Notes: generated from the letters alone by a model not told the origin. Positions 28,528 to 37,184 are shown, counted from the stretch's first letter. The stretch: DNA of 64,000 bases from Chloroflexota bacterium (GCA_027623815.1 JAQBUV010000001.1:67295-131294), one strand, 5' to 3'. Numbers and translations: made by a program.

Positions 28528-28556
28528 TTGCTGGTTAGACTCCCGGTCAGTATAAT
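28528..28556 (+). promoter_or_regulatory. Putative promoter of the hotdog-plsX-fabG operon
   Basis: TTGCTG (28528-28533) - 17 nt - TATAAT (28551-28556). Confidence 0.5.
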
Positions 28557-28606
28557 CGAGCGCACCGGGTCGGCCTCAAGTCACTAGAGCGAACCGAGGA
28601 GCATCG

Positions 28607-29020
28607 ATGGGAACCACCGGAACCACCGGAACCACATCTCTGGAGTCGGAAATAAAACTGGGTTGTTGGACGCTCAACAAAGAAACAGTCGGCCAATACC
28701 TGACAGCGGTGGGGGATTCCCAACAGGTCTATTTCGACCTCCATCTGGTGCCTCCGCTGGCATTATCAGCTTATGCTTTGGGGGCATTGCTGGACAAGTT
28801 GGCCCTGGCTCCCGGCGCAATTCACAGCCTTCAGGAAGTGGCGACAGTACGCTCGGTGGCGTTTGGTGAGCAAATAACCGGGACTGCCCAATTGGAACGC
28901 CCCCGGCAGCGTGGCGGTTTGGAGTTCACCACCGTCAGCTATGTACTGACCGACTCCGCTGGAGCACCGGTGCAGACCGGCAAGACCACTGTGTTGGTGC
29001 CGGTGAGCGGCGTTGCCTAA
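28607..29020 (+). CDS. Hotdog-fold protein, MaoC-N/HadA-like (degenerate hydratase motif)
   Basis: 137 aa, GAGGAG RBS. Where a hydratase motif is expected it has YLTAVGDSQQVYFDL, lacking N-P-x-H. It is paired with a canonical MaoC protein 22 nt downstream. Confidence 0.6.
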   Translation: MGTTGTTGTTSLESEIKLGCWTLNKETVGQYLTAVGDSQQVYFDLHLVPPLALSAYALGALLDKLALAPGAIHSLQEVATVRSVAFGEQITGTAQLERPRQRGGLEFTTVSYVLTDSAGAPVQTGKTTVLVPVSGVA

Positions 29021-29041
29021 CTTTGAGATGCTCAGGTCAAC

Positions 29042-29470
29042 ATGACAACCGACGTTAAAAATTTGTCATCGGTGGTGAGAACCATCACCCAGGAGCAACT
29101 GAACCAGTATGCCGACGCTTCCGGCGACCACAACCCGCTGCATTTGGATGCCCGGTTCGCCCAGACCACCCAGTTCGGCGGGATCATCGCCCACGGGATG
29201 CTTACCCTGGCCTTCGTTTCGGAAATGATGGTGTCGGCCTATGGCCGCTGCTGGCTGGAGAGCGGTTCCCTGAGAGTAAGGTTCAAAGGGGCGGCGTACG
29301 TCGGAGATCGTGTGGAAACATGGGGTCAGGTCACCAAGCGAGAGCAACATGAAACGCGACAACGAATAACCTGCTCAGTGGGCGTGCGGAACCAGGACAA
29401 CCGGCAAGAAATTATCAGCGGCACCGCTACCGTGGAAATTGAGAAGGATATTGATAATCCCCACGGTTAG
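29042..29470 (+). CDS. MaoC-like (R)-specific enoyl-CoA/ACP hydratase (HadB-like catalytic subunit)
   Basis: YADASGDHNPLHLDARFA is an intact hydratase-2 motif, followed by GIIAHGML. Confidence 0.85.
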   Translation: MTTDVKNLSSVVRTITQEQLNQYADASGDHNPLHLDARFAQTTQFGGIIAHGMLTLAFVSEMMVSAYGRCWLESGSLRVRFKGAAYVGDRVETWGQVTKREQHETRQRITCSVGVRNQDNRQEIISGTATVEIEKDIDNPHG

Positions 29471-29494
29471 TGCCGGTCGCCAAGGATAGCAAAC

Positions 29495-30526
29495 ATGCAG
29501 AAGAACGGAAATTCAACTCCCGTGCGCGTCGTCGTTGACGCAATGGGCGGGGACTATGGGCCTCATGAACCGGTCAAAGGGGCCATCGAAGCCCTTGATG
29601 CTGGAGATATTGAGATCATTCTAGTCGGAGATCAAGGGCCGATAGAAGCCGAGCTAGCGCGCTATGACATTGCGGGCAAACCGATCACCGTCGTTCCCTC
29701 AGTCGGTAAAATCGGCGATGACGAGCATCCGATTCACGGCTTACGTCATAAGCCGGAGGCATCGATTCTGGTTGGTACCAAATTGTTGAAGGCTGGTAAA
29801 GGTGATGTCCTGGTCTCGATGGGGTCCACCGGCGCGTCGATGGCCAGTTCGGTAATGGTGTTGGGTTTGATGGAAGGCTTAGAGCGTCCGTGCATTGGCG
29901 GGCCTTTCTTGGGTCTGGCTCCCCGCACAGTTATGGTGGACATGGGCAGCAACGTCGATTGCCGTCCTGCTTTACTGTTGAGTTTCGCCGCTTTGGGGGC
30001 CGGGTTTGCCAAGAAGTTCTTGGGCATCAAAAGCCCCCGGATCGGCCTGCTCAGCGTGGGCGCCGAGGAAGCCAAGGGCAACCGTCAAGTGCAGGAGAGT
30101 TATCACCTGTTCCAGCAAAGCCACCTGAACTTTGTCGGCAACGTGGAAGGTATGGACTTCTTTACCGATAAAGCCGACGTGGTGGTGTGTGACGGTTTTG
30201 TCGGCAACATTTTGATGAAGTTTACCGAAGGCTTGGGCAGCGTCTTGGGCGAGTATCTCAAGCAGCACTTGAGTCGAGCGATATCCGAGCAGGGAGCCGG
30301 GACAATAATCTCCGAGCTATGGACCGAAATGAATCTGCCCAGGAAGATGGGCGGCCCGCTCTTTGGCGTAAACGGGACGGTGATATTGGGCCACGGTTCC
30401 TCCAAATCGGACGGCATTGCCGGCGCGATCAATACCGGGGTGCGCTGTGTTGATCTGGACCTGGTGGGCGGCATGCGCCAGGAGTTGGCCGAAATGTATC
30501 AGTCTGGCGCGCTCAAGGTAATCTGA
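29495..30526 (+). CDS. plsX: Phosphate:acyl-ACP acyltransferase
   Basis: VVDAMGGDYGP..., VSMGSTGA, GFVGNILMK, LGVNGTVILGHGSS. Confidence 0.95.
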   Translation: MQKNGNSTPVRVVVDAMGGDYGPHEPVKGAIEALDAGDIEIILVGDQGPIEAELARYDIAGKPITVVPSVGKIGDDEHPIHGLRHKPEASILVGTKLLKAGKGDVLVSMGSTGASMASSVMVLGLMEGLERPCIGGPFLGLAPRTVMVDMGSNVDCRPALLLSFAALGAGFAKKFLGIKSPRIGLLSVGAEEAKGNRQVQESYHLFQQSHLNFVGNVEGMDFFTDKADVVVCDGFVGNILMKFTEGLGSVLGEYLKQHLSRAISEQGAGTIISELWTEMNLPRKMGGPLFGVNGTVILGHGSSKSDGIAGAINTGVRCVDLDLVGGMRQELAEMYQSGALKVI

Positions 30527-31281
30527 TGCCAGATGTTGCCCTGAGTGGAAAAGTCGCCCTGGTCACCGGGTCTTCCCGGGGGATTGGGGCCTCCATCGCC
30601 TGCCGGTTAGCCAAGTCGGGCGTCAAAATTGGGGTCAATTACAACACCAACCAGGACGCTGCGGAGCAGGTTGTAGCGAATATAGTCGCCTCTGGTGGGG
30701 AGGCTTTCGCGGTGGCGGGCGACGTCTCTCAGGAAGATTCGGCGCAGGCCGTGGTCAAACAGGCAACCGAACGCTGGGGCCAAATCGACATCCTGGTCAA
30801 CAATGCGGGTATCACCCGCGACCGCCTGTTGCTGCGCATGACCCTGGAAGACTGGGATCAGGTTCTGGATGTTGACCTGCGCAGCGCATTCCTCTGTACC
30901 AAGTTTGTCATGCCTCAATTAATCAAACGGCGTCAGGGCCGCGTCATCAACATTTCCTCGGTGGTTGGCATTGGCGGCAATCCGGGCCAGGCAAATTACG
31001 CGGCGGCCAAAGCCGGCTTGATCGGGTTCACCAAAGCGGTGGCGCGCGAGGTCGCATCGAGAAATGTCACCGTCAACGCCGTCGCTCCGGGGTTCATTGA
31101 CACCGGCGGCATGGTGGGGCAGATGACCGAAGAAGCCCGTCAGCAAATATTGTCCCGCATCCCCCTGGGCCGGTTTGGCAGCGGCGATGAAGTGGCTGAA
31201 GTGGTGGCCTTCCTGTGCGGCAAGGGCGGCGATTACATCACCGGGCAGGTGCTGACCATTGACGGCGGATTGATCGCCTAG
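30526..31281 (+). CDS. fabG: 3-oxoacyl-ACP reductase
   Basis: ALVTGSSRGIGASIA, NNAGITRD, YAAAKAG, ITGQVLTIDGG. Its start overlaps the plsX stop (TGATG). Confidence 0.9.
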   Translation: MPDVALSGKVALVTGSSRGIGASIACRLAKSGVKIGVNYNTNQDAAEQVVANIVASGGEAFAVAGDVSQEDSAQAVVKQATERWGQIDILVNNAGITRDRLLLRMTLEDWDQVLDVDLRSAFLCTKFVMPQLIKRRQGRVINISSVVGIGGNPGQANYAAAKAGLIGFTKAVAREVASRNVTVNAVAPGFIDTGGMVGQMTEEARQQILSRIPLGRFGSGDEVAEVVAFLCGKGGDYITGQVLTIDGGLIA

Positions 31282-31581
31282 CCCATTATGCCCTGATATT
31301 CCAGCTATCCCAACACAACCAATTCTCTAGTCCTAGCCTTGCGCACCCCTTACCGAGTCAACCTGGAGCCGGTAGTGCGGTAGGTTCCTCCACCGTTATT
31401 ACCAAATGTACCACCAATTTTTGGGCTGTTCGTACCTTACATTCGATAAGCCGCCACCGCCATAATGGGTTTGTGTCCCACTTCGCTATTTGGCGAATGT
31501 TGTATGCCAGGCCAAAGACAACCTTGGAACCATCCCATGATTCTGGAAGCATCAACTTGTAGCAATTGGAGGATACTGAAA

Positions 31582-32079
31582 ATGGGAAGTTCATCATCGA
31601 AATGGTTGTTGGGCGGAGGCCTGCTAATACTCGCCCTCATAATTGCCAGTGTGGTTGTGGGCTTATTGAACCGCACTCAAAACGCCGTTCTGCTTCCTGA
31701 GGGCACACCTGGCGCGGCAGTCCAACAATACTTGGTGGCGATTGAAGCTGGAGAAACTCAGCAAGCGTATGAATATCTCAGCGCCGATTTGCAGGAAAAG
31801 TGCACTTTGGAGCATTTCCGAGATACGGCGCGGTATCTTGACCGGCGCGACGCCAACAATAACCGGGACACCCGCATTTCTCTAGAAAGCGAACAATCCG
31901 TTGATAATGCAATGGAAGTACGAATTCTGATAACCGAATTCAATGTTTCCGCCCCCTTTGACGTGAATGAATATTCCCATACCGAGGTTTTTCTCCTGGA
32001 GGAGCTAGACGGCGGTTGGAGATTCGTGGATGAACCCTGGCCGATGTATGGGTGTCCTGATCCAGCGAACTTTCGGTGA
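31582..32079 (+). CDS. Membrane-anchored hypothetical protein (single N-terminal TM helix plus ~130-aa soluble domain)
   Basis: The track ORF starts at 31465. I prefer ATG 31582 (GGAGGA upstream), giving MGSSSSKWLLGGGLLILALIIASVVVGLL... No family recognised. Confidence 0.5.
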   Translation: MGSSSSKWLLGGGLLILALIIASVVVGLLNRTQNAVLLPEGTPGAAVQQYLVAIEAGETQQAYEYLSADLQEKCTLEHFRDTARYLDRRDANNNRDTRISLESEQSVDNAMEVRILITEFNVSAPFDVNEYSHTEVFLLEELDGGWRFVDEPWPMYGCPDPANFR

Positions 32080-32123
32080 CCATGGAACGACTGGCACCGA
32101 TCACAATCTAGGAGAGGCATTTC

Positions 32124-33962
32124 ATGGGTATATTTAACATTCTGCCCTTGTTTAGCGGAATAATTCCCCTCCTGGTGATTATCGGAATCATCGCCGCTGT
32201 CGTGGTATTGGTACACCGTCGCGGAAAAACGGAGTCCGACCCGGGAATTGGAAACCTCAAGCGGCTGTATTACTATGGAATTTCATTTATCGCCTTGGGC
32301 GTAGCCGCCCCCGGCCTGATCCTGTTGATCGACTTTCTGCTGGACAATCTCTTTGGGCCGCCTGCATTCTTACGCGGCCAGGGCCAACTGGCATTGGGTC
32401 TGGCGCTGACCATCGTCGGTACACCCATCTGGTTCTTACATTGGCGGTTGGCGCTCAAGGCCGTTCAGCAACTTCCGACGGAGGCGCAGGCTTTATCCCG
32501 TCAAATCTACATCTATCTGGTGCTAGGGATAACCGCTTCCCTATTCGCCTTCGGCCTGGTTTCTCTACTTCGTTGGCTGTTGGGTTCGGGGGACTTCAAC
32601 GGCTTTAACATTGCCTTCCCCCTGGTATGGGCTGGAATTTGGGGTTACCACTGGCACCTCCAAAGCTTGGACGTGCCGAGAACCGAAGATGGCGCAACAG
32701 TACGCCGGCTGTACGTTTACATAACATCATTGTACAGCCTGGTGATGTTGCTGGTGGGCGTGGGAATCGTTATTTGGCGACCCCTGAAAGAAGCCTACGA
32801 AGCACTCTTTACCACACAACTCTTGGTCTCTGGTGGAGTGAATTTCTGGGACTCTCTATGGAGCGACACCACTCGCACCGGGGTAGCCATTCTGGTGGTA
32901 GGTGGATTGCTTTGGTGGTGGCATTGGCATCAGGCAGCCAAGGGCGATGCCAAATCGCAGTTGCGCCAGGTTTATCTGTACCTGTTCGCCATTCTAGGCG
33001 GGGCGGCCACCGTGGTGATATCCCTGAGTATGATTCTCTTCGATGTGCTTCAGTGGCTCATTGGGGAGCCGGGGTCAGACCGGGCCTCGGCCCACTTCCG
33101 GAGCTTTCCGGGCATGATCGCCACTCTGTTGCCGGGGGCGGCATTGTGGGGCTACCATTTGGCGCTGGTGCAACAGGAATCCCTCCTCTCCGCCGAGAGA
33201 TGGCAGGCCGCTCGAAGAGTCTATCGATATCTGGTGGCGGCGTTGGGGCTGATTACGCTCTCGGTAGGGCTGGTTATGGTGTTCCTGGTCGCGATGGGCG
33301 TGCTGATACCTCAGGCCGGGGCACAGTTGCTGGACGCCCAGTGGTGGCGAAACCCGTTGGTGCTGGGTATCACTCTCTTGGTCGTGGGAATCCCTATTTG
33401 GAGTTACTACTGGTTCGGAGTGCAGAGAGCGGTCGCAATTGGGCCAGCTCAGGAACGCACCGCTCAGTCTCGTCGGATCTTTATTTACGGGGTTTTTGGC
33501 ATCGCGACCTTGTTGGTCTTGGGAAACCTGAGTGCGCTGCTGTACATGTTCCTCCGCGACCTGTTGGAAGGCGGGTTGTCCCTGCAATTGCTTCAGTATG
33601 CCAAGTGGAGCATTGGCACCTTGTTGATGGCTGGTGCGGTCAGCGTTTATCACTGGCTAATCCTGCAAGAAGACCGACGGGCAATGCCAGCGCCGGCAGA
33701 AACTCCGGCACCAGCAGTTCCCGTGACCAAGGACCTGATCGCCGTGGCTGGCGAGTCGGCCCAGGGTTTGGTTCGGAGTCTAGAATCTCTATTGGGTGTT
33801 CCCATCCTAGTTTGGCGCAGACTTGACGGCGGTGATGCCCCAAATTTGACCGTGGAAGAGTTGCATGCAGTGCGGGAAGAGATCATAAACGCGCCGGGAA
33901 GCCGTGCGCTCCTGATAGTAGATGCCTCCGGCATAAGAGTGTTGCCGTACCGGGAAAGCTAA
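32124..33962 (+). CDS. Polytopic membrane protein built from six tandem ~70-86-aa two-helix repeats plus a ~90-aa soluble C-terminal domain
   Basis: AGGAGAGG RBS. Six units each start with R-x-(Y/F)-x-Y (RLYYY, RQIYIY, RRLYVY, RQVYLY, RRVYRY, RRIFIY). Each ends with W-x-(Y/W)-H-W-like (WFLHW, WGYHW, WWWHW, WGYHL, WSYYW, VYHW). Confidence 0.7.
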   Translation: MGIFNILPLFSGIIPLLVIIGIIAAVVVLVHRRGKTESDPGIGNLKRLYYYGISFIALGVAAPGLILLIDFLLDNLFGPPAFLRGQGQLALGLALTIVGTPIWFLHWRLALKAVQQLPTEAQALSRQIYIYLVLGITASLFAFGLVSLLRWLLGSGDFNGFNIAFPLVWAGIWGYHWHLQSLDVPRTEDGATVRRLYVYITSLYSLVMLLVGVGIVIWRPLKEAYEALFTTQLLVSGGVNFWDSLWSDTTRTGVAILVVGGLLWWWHWHQAAKGDAKSQLRQVYLYLFAILGGAATVVISLSMILFDVLQWLIGEPGSDRASAHFRSFPGMIATLLPGAALWGYHLALVQQESLLSAERWQAARRVYRYLVAALGLITLSVGLVMVFLVAMGVLIPQAGAQLLDAQWWRNPLVLGITLLVVGIPIWSYYWFGVQRAVAIGPAQERTAQSRRIFIYGVFGIATLLVLGNLSALLYMFLRDLLEGGLSLQLLQYAKWSIGTLLMAGAVSVYHWLILQEDRRAMPAPAETPAPAVPVTKDLIAVAGESAQGLVRSLESLLGVPILVWRRLDGGDAPNLTVEELHAVREEIINAPGSRALLIVDASGIRVLPYRES

Positions 33963-34075
33963 TACTGAAGATGCAACCGTCCGGTTGGTGGTTCGCGCTT
34001 GAATCAAGTTATCAGTGCATATACATCGATATCGGTATTTCTGTAGAGTTTGCGACCGGAAGCAGCGAGGACAAA

Positions 34076-34597
34076 ATGACCAATGTAGTTTTGGTGATCG
34101 ATATGGTTCGGGGATTTCTGGAGCCTGGCCACAATCTCTACTGCGGGGATGATTCTCGAACTATTATTCCCAAGGTTCAAAACTTGCTAAAGCAGGAAAA
34201 GGAGGTCGGCTCGGAGATTATATTTCTGTCCGACCATCATCTTCCCGACGACCTGGAATTCCGGATGTTCCCGGTACATTGTGTGATCGGCACTGTAGAG
34301 CCGGAGGTGATTCCCGAACTAGCTGAGTACGTGACAGACTCCAATGTAATCGCCAAGAACCGCTACAGCGGATTTTTCAATACCGACCTGGAACAGCGGC
34401 TGGCCAGCATCAACCCGGACAAAATCATCGCCTGCGGAGTCTGCACCGACATCTGCGTGTTGCACACAACTGCTGACGCCCGCAATCGGGACTATTCGGT
34501 GGAGGTGCCCGCCGATTGCGTCGCCACCTTCGACCCGGATGCCCACCTATGGGCATTAGGCCATCTAGAAAAGATTCTGGGAGCGCGGGTGGTCTAG
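34076..34597 (+). CDS. Isochorismatase/cysteine hydrolase family protein (nicotinamidase-like)
   Basis: VVLVIDMVRGF..., LSDHH, and IIACGVCTDICVLHT (catalytic Cys context). ATG 34076 preferred over the track start 33971. Confidence 0.8.
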   Translation: MTNVVLVIDMVRGFLEPGHNLYCGDDSRTIIPKVQNLLKQEKEVGSEIIFLSDHHLPDDLEFRMFPVHCVIGTVEPEVIPELAEYVTDSNVIAKNRYSGFFNTDLEQRLASINPDKIIACGVCTDICVLHTTADARNRDYSVEVPADCVATFDPDAHLWALGHLEKILGARVV

Positions 34598-34756
34598 GAG
34601 ATCAAAAGTGATCAAAGCAAAAGTATTCTCTTTTAGACCCTTACCAACCGAACTCCGTCTTTACCGCCTTGCGGCCATCGCAGCCAGCGGAGTATCATGA
34701 ACGCACATTATTGTTATGCCTGACAGCGATTTGTTGCGGGCCAAGTAGAGGCAATC

Positions 34757-36787
34757 ATGCTTTTCGGCTCTTACCGCTACTCCAGTTGGGACGGCACCCA
34801 AGAAATCTTCGACATCGACGCCAACGAGATAATGGAGCAGTTGTCTGAAGAACTCCTGAAACAGGGCGATGTTATGCGGGCGCTGCGGGAAATGTTCCGC
34901 AACGGTGTGCAGAACCAGGACGGCCAGCAGCTTACCGGGCTGAAAGAACTGATGGAGCGGCTCAAGAACCAACGCCGCCAGCAGTTGCAGCAGCATAACA
35001 TGGACTCGGTGGTGGATGATCTCAAGGAGAAGCTGGAGGAGATTCTCAAGACTGAGCGACAGGGAATCGACCAGCGTCTGGAAGAAGCTCAGGAGCAGGT
35101 CTCGCAGGCCAGCGATGAAGATCGGTCCCAGCAGGACAGCCTCTACAAATTGCTGGAGCAGCGGACTCAACGAAATCTGGACAAATTGGATGACCTTCCC
35201 GACAGCATGAGCGGGCAGATTCAGGAGTTGATGGAGTACGACTTCGTCAGTCCTGAGGCTCAGCAAATGTTTCAAGAGTTGTTGGACCAGCTCAAGGGCC
35301 AGATGGCGCAAAACATCTCCCAGCAAATGCAGCAGCAGATTCAGGGCATGTCGCCGGAGCAGATGGCTGGCATGCGCGAAATGATGAACCAGCTCAACCA
35401 GATGATGCGCGACAAAATGGCCGGTCGTCAGCCTGACTTTGACGGGTTCATGCAGCAGTTTGGCGAGATGTTCGGCCCTAACCCACCGCAGAACTTTGAG
35501 GAGCTAATGGAGCGGCTGCAACAGCAATTGGCCCAGATGCAGTCGATGATGGACAGCATGTCTCCCGAAATGCGTCAGGAACTGGAAGACGCCTTGAATG
35601 CAGCGCTGGACCCGCAGACCCAGCAGGCGATGGCCGAGTTCGCCAGCCTGCTGGAACAGCTAATGCCCATGGACGACCTGCGCCGCCAGTACCCGTTTTT
35701 GGGCGACGACAGCCTGACGATGGAGCAGGGCCGGGAGATGATGCGTGAACTGCAAGACTTGGACCAACTGGAGCAGTCGTTGCAGGACGCCATGCGCTCC
35801 GGACAGTTGGATGATGTTGACCCAAATAAGCTGGCCGAATTACTCGGCGAAGAAGCCCGCCAGGCCTGGGAGCAACTGGACCGCCTGCGACAACTTTTGA
35901 AGGAAGCCGGTTATGTGACCGGCGATGACAACCTGGAGTTGACCGCCCGGGGCATTCGTCGCATTGGGCAGAAAGCCCTCAAGGAAGTGTTTGTCCATCT
36001 GAAGAAAGACCGGCTGGGCAACCACCAGATGGACAACCGAGGGGCGGGCGGCGACCTGCTGGGCGACACCAAACCCTACGAGTTTGGCGACCCGTTCCTG
36101 CTTGATATGCAGTCCACGATTAAGAACGCCATACTTCGTGCCGGGCCTCAGGTGCCCGTCCGCATGACCCCTCAGGACTTCGAAATTTACCGGCAGGAGC
36201 ACATGACGCGCGCGGCCACCGCGGTGCTGCTGGACCAGAGCCAGTCAATGGGACTGTTCAACAACTTCCAGGCGGCCAAGAAAGTGACCCTGGCCCTTTT
36301 CGCCTTGATTCGCACCCAATACCCCCGAGACTCGTTGCATGTCATCGGCTTCTCCGACTACGCCCGGGAGATCAAGGAAGAGGATTTGGCCAAGGTCAAC
36401 TGGAACGCCTGGGTGTCGGGCACCAACTTACAACACGCTCTAATGCTGTCGCGCAAGCTGCTGGCCAACGAAAAGGGTGGCTCCCGCCAGATTTTGCTAA
36501 TTACCGACGGCGAGCCGACGGCTCATCTGGAAGGAGGTCAGTCCTACTTTAGCTACCCGCCCAGCTACCGCACCGAGTTGGAGACGCTGAAAGAGGTGAA
36601 ACGCTGCACTCAGGAAGGGATTGTCATCAACACCTTCATGCTGAAGAACAACTACCAGTTGGTTAACTTTGTCGACCGGTTGACCCGCGTCAATCGGGGT
36701 CGTGCATTCTACAGCAGCGCCGAGAATCTGGGGCAGTACGTGATGGTTGACTATCTCAATAATCGGAAGAAGCGCGTTTCTGCTTAA
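34757..36787 (+). CDS. von Willebrand factor A (vWA) domain protein with a long Q/M/E-rich coiled-coil N-terminal region
   Basis: C-terminal vWA with a MIDAS-like motif (VLLDQSQSMG ... LITDGEPT). The N-terminal ~340 aa are low-complexity helical (QQMQQQIQGMSPEQMAGMREMMNQLNQMM). Confidence 0.8.
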   Translation: MLFGSYRYSSWDGTQEIFDIDANEIMEQLSEELLKQGDVMRALREMFRNGVQNQDGQQLTGLKELMERLKNQRRQQLQQHNMDSVVDDLKEKLEEILKTERQGIDQRLEEAQEQVSQASDEDRSQQDSLYKLLEQRTQRNLDKLDDLPDSMSGQIQELMEYDFVSPEAQQMFQELLDQLKGQMAQNISQQMQQQIQGMSPEQMAGMREMMNQLNQMMRDKMAGRQPDFDGFMQQFGEMFGPNPPQNFEELMERLQQQLAQMQSMMDSMSPEMRQELEDALNAALDPQTQQAMAEFASLLEQLMPMDDLRRQYPFLGDDSLTMEQGREMMRELQDLDQLEQSLQDAMRSGQLDDVDPNKLAELLGEEARQAWEQLDRLRQLLKEAGYVTGDDNLELTARGIRRIGQKALKEVFVHLKKDRLGNHQMDNRGAGGDLLGDTKPYEFGDPFLLDMQSTIKNAILRAGPQVPVRMTPQDFEIYRQEHMTRAATAVLLDQSQSMGLFNNFQAAKKVTLALFALIRTQYPRDSLHVIGFSDYAREIKEEDLAKVNWNAWVSGTNLQHALMLSRKLLANEKGGSRQILLITDGEPTAHLEGGQSYFSYPPSYRTELETLKEVKRCTQEGIVINTFMLKNNYQLVNFVDRLTRVNRGRAFYSSAENLGQYVMVDYLNNRKKRVSA

Positions 36788-36817
36788 GGTCTGTCAATCT
36801 TGTTTTAATTGCTAGCT

Positions 36818-36916
36818 TCCTCTCCCACAAAAGGAGAGGATTGAGGCGGGTGGTATCATCCTCATCCCAACCTTCTCCCATTGAGGGAGAAGGGTCTGGC
36901 GACTCCATAAGGTCGC
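36818..36916 (+). repeat. Cluster of three short perfect hairpins downstream of the vWA gene (repeat-like, possible terminator region)
   Basis: TCCTCTCC-cacaaaa-GGAGAGGA (36818-36840), CCTTCTCCC-attga-GGGAGAAGG (36871-36893), GCGAC-tccataag-GTCGC (36899-36916). Confidence 0.4.
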
Positions 36917-36975
36917 GGTCAATCCATTGGTATCTTGGTTAATGTGAAACTTGGATTTTCTCATGCCTGAAAATC

Positions 36976-37004
36976 TTCCCGGTTGGGCCTAGGTCTGGTA
37001 TCAT
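36976..37004 (+). promoter_or_regulatory. Putative extended -10 promoter of the pyr operon
   Basis: TTCCCG - 17 nt - TATCAT, preceded by TGG (TGn extended -10). Confidence 0.35.
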
Positions 37005-37027
37005 GGTACACAACAATTGAATAGATG

Positions 37028-37092
37028 GGTTGGTGAGGCTGGCCGGTGATCCGGTTAGCCCTACTTTTAAGGCAGCCCGGTGAGGCTGGCAA
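37028..37092 (+). promoter_or_regulatory. PyrR-binding leader RNA (two GGTGAGGCTGG boxes)
   Basis: CTTTTAAGGCAGCCCGGTGAGGCTGGCAAAG (37063-37092) matches the PyrR binding-loop consensus ARUCCAGAGAGGYU in 11/14 positions. A weaker second box GGGTTGGTGAGGCTGG lies at 37028-37042. Confidence 0.6.
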
Positions 37093-37148
37093 AGTGTATA
37101 ACCCTGCTAATACGTGAGGAGCCGGTTGACGCCGGTTTCTGCGACGCA

Positions 37149-37184
37149 GACCCTTGCCAGGATACCGGTAAGGGTTCTTTTTTG
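37149..37184 (+). terminator. Attenuator terminator of the pyr leader
   Basis: ACCCTTGCC ... GGTAAGGGT stem (one G-U pair) followed by TCTTTTTT. It lies between the PyrR box and pyrR. Confidence 0.7.

Noticed and set aside
32627-33826. 399-aa Arg/Gly/Pro-rich ORF
   Set aside because: It is an alternative frame of the six-repeat membrane protein gene. Its composition is typical of an off-frame reading of GC-rich coding DNA.
34661-35326. 221-aa Leu/Gln-rich ORF on the minus strand
   Set aside because: It is the antisense shadow of the Q/M/E-rich coiled-coil segment of the vWA gene. It is low-complexity, has no RBS, and is fully contained in a well-supported CDS.
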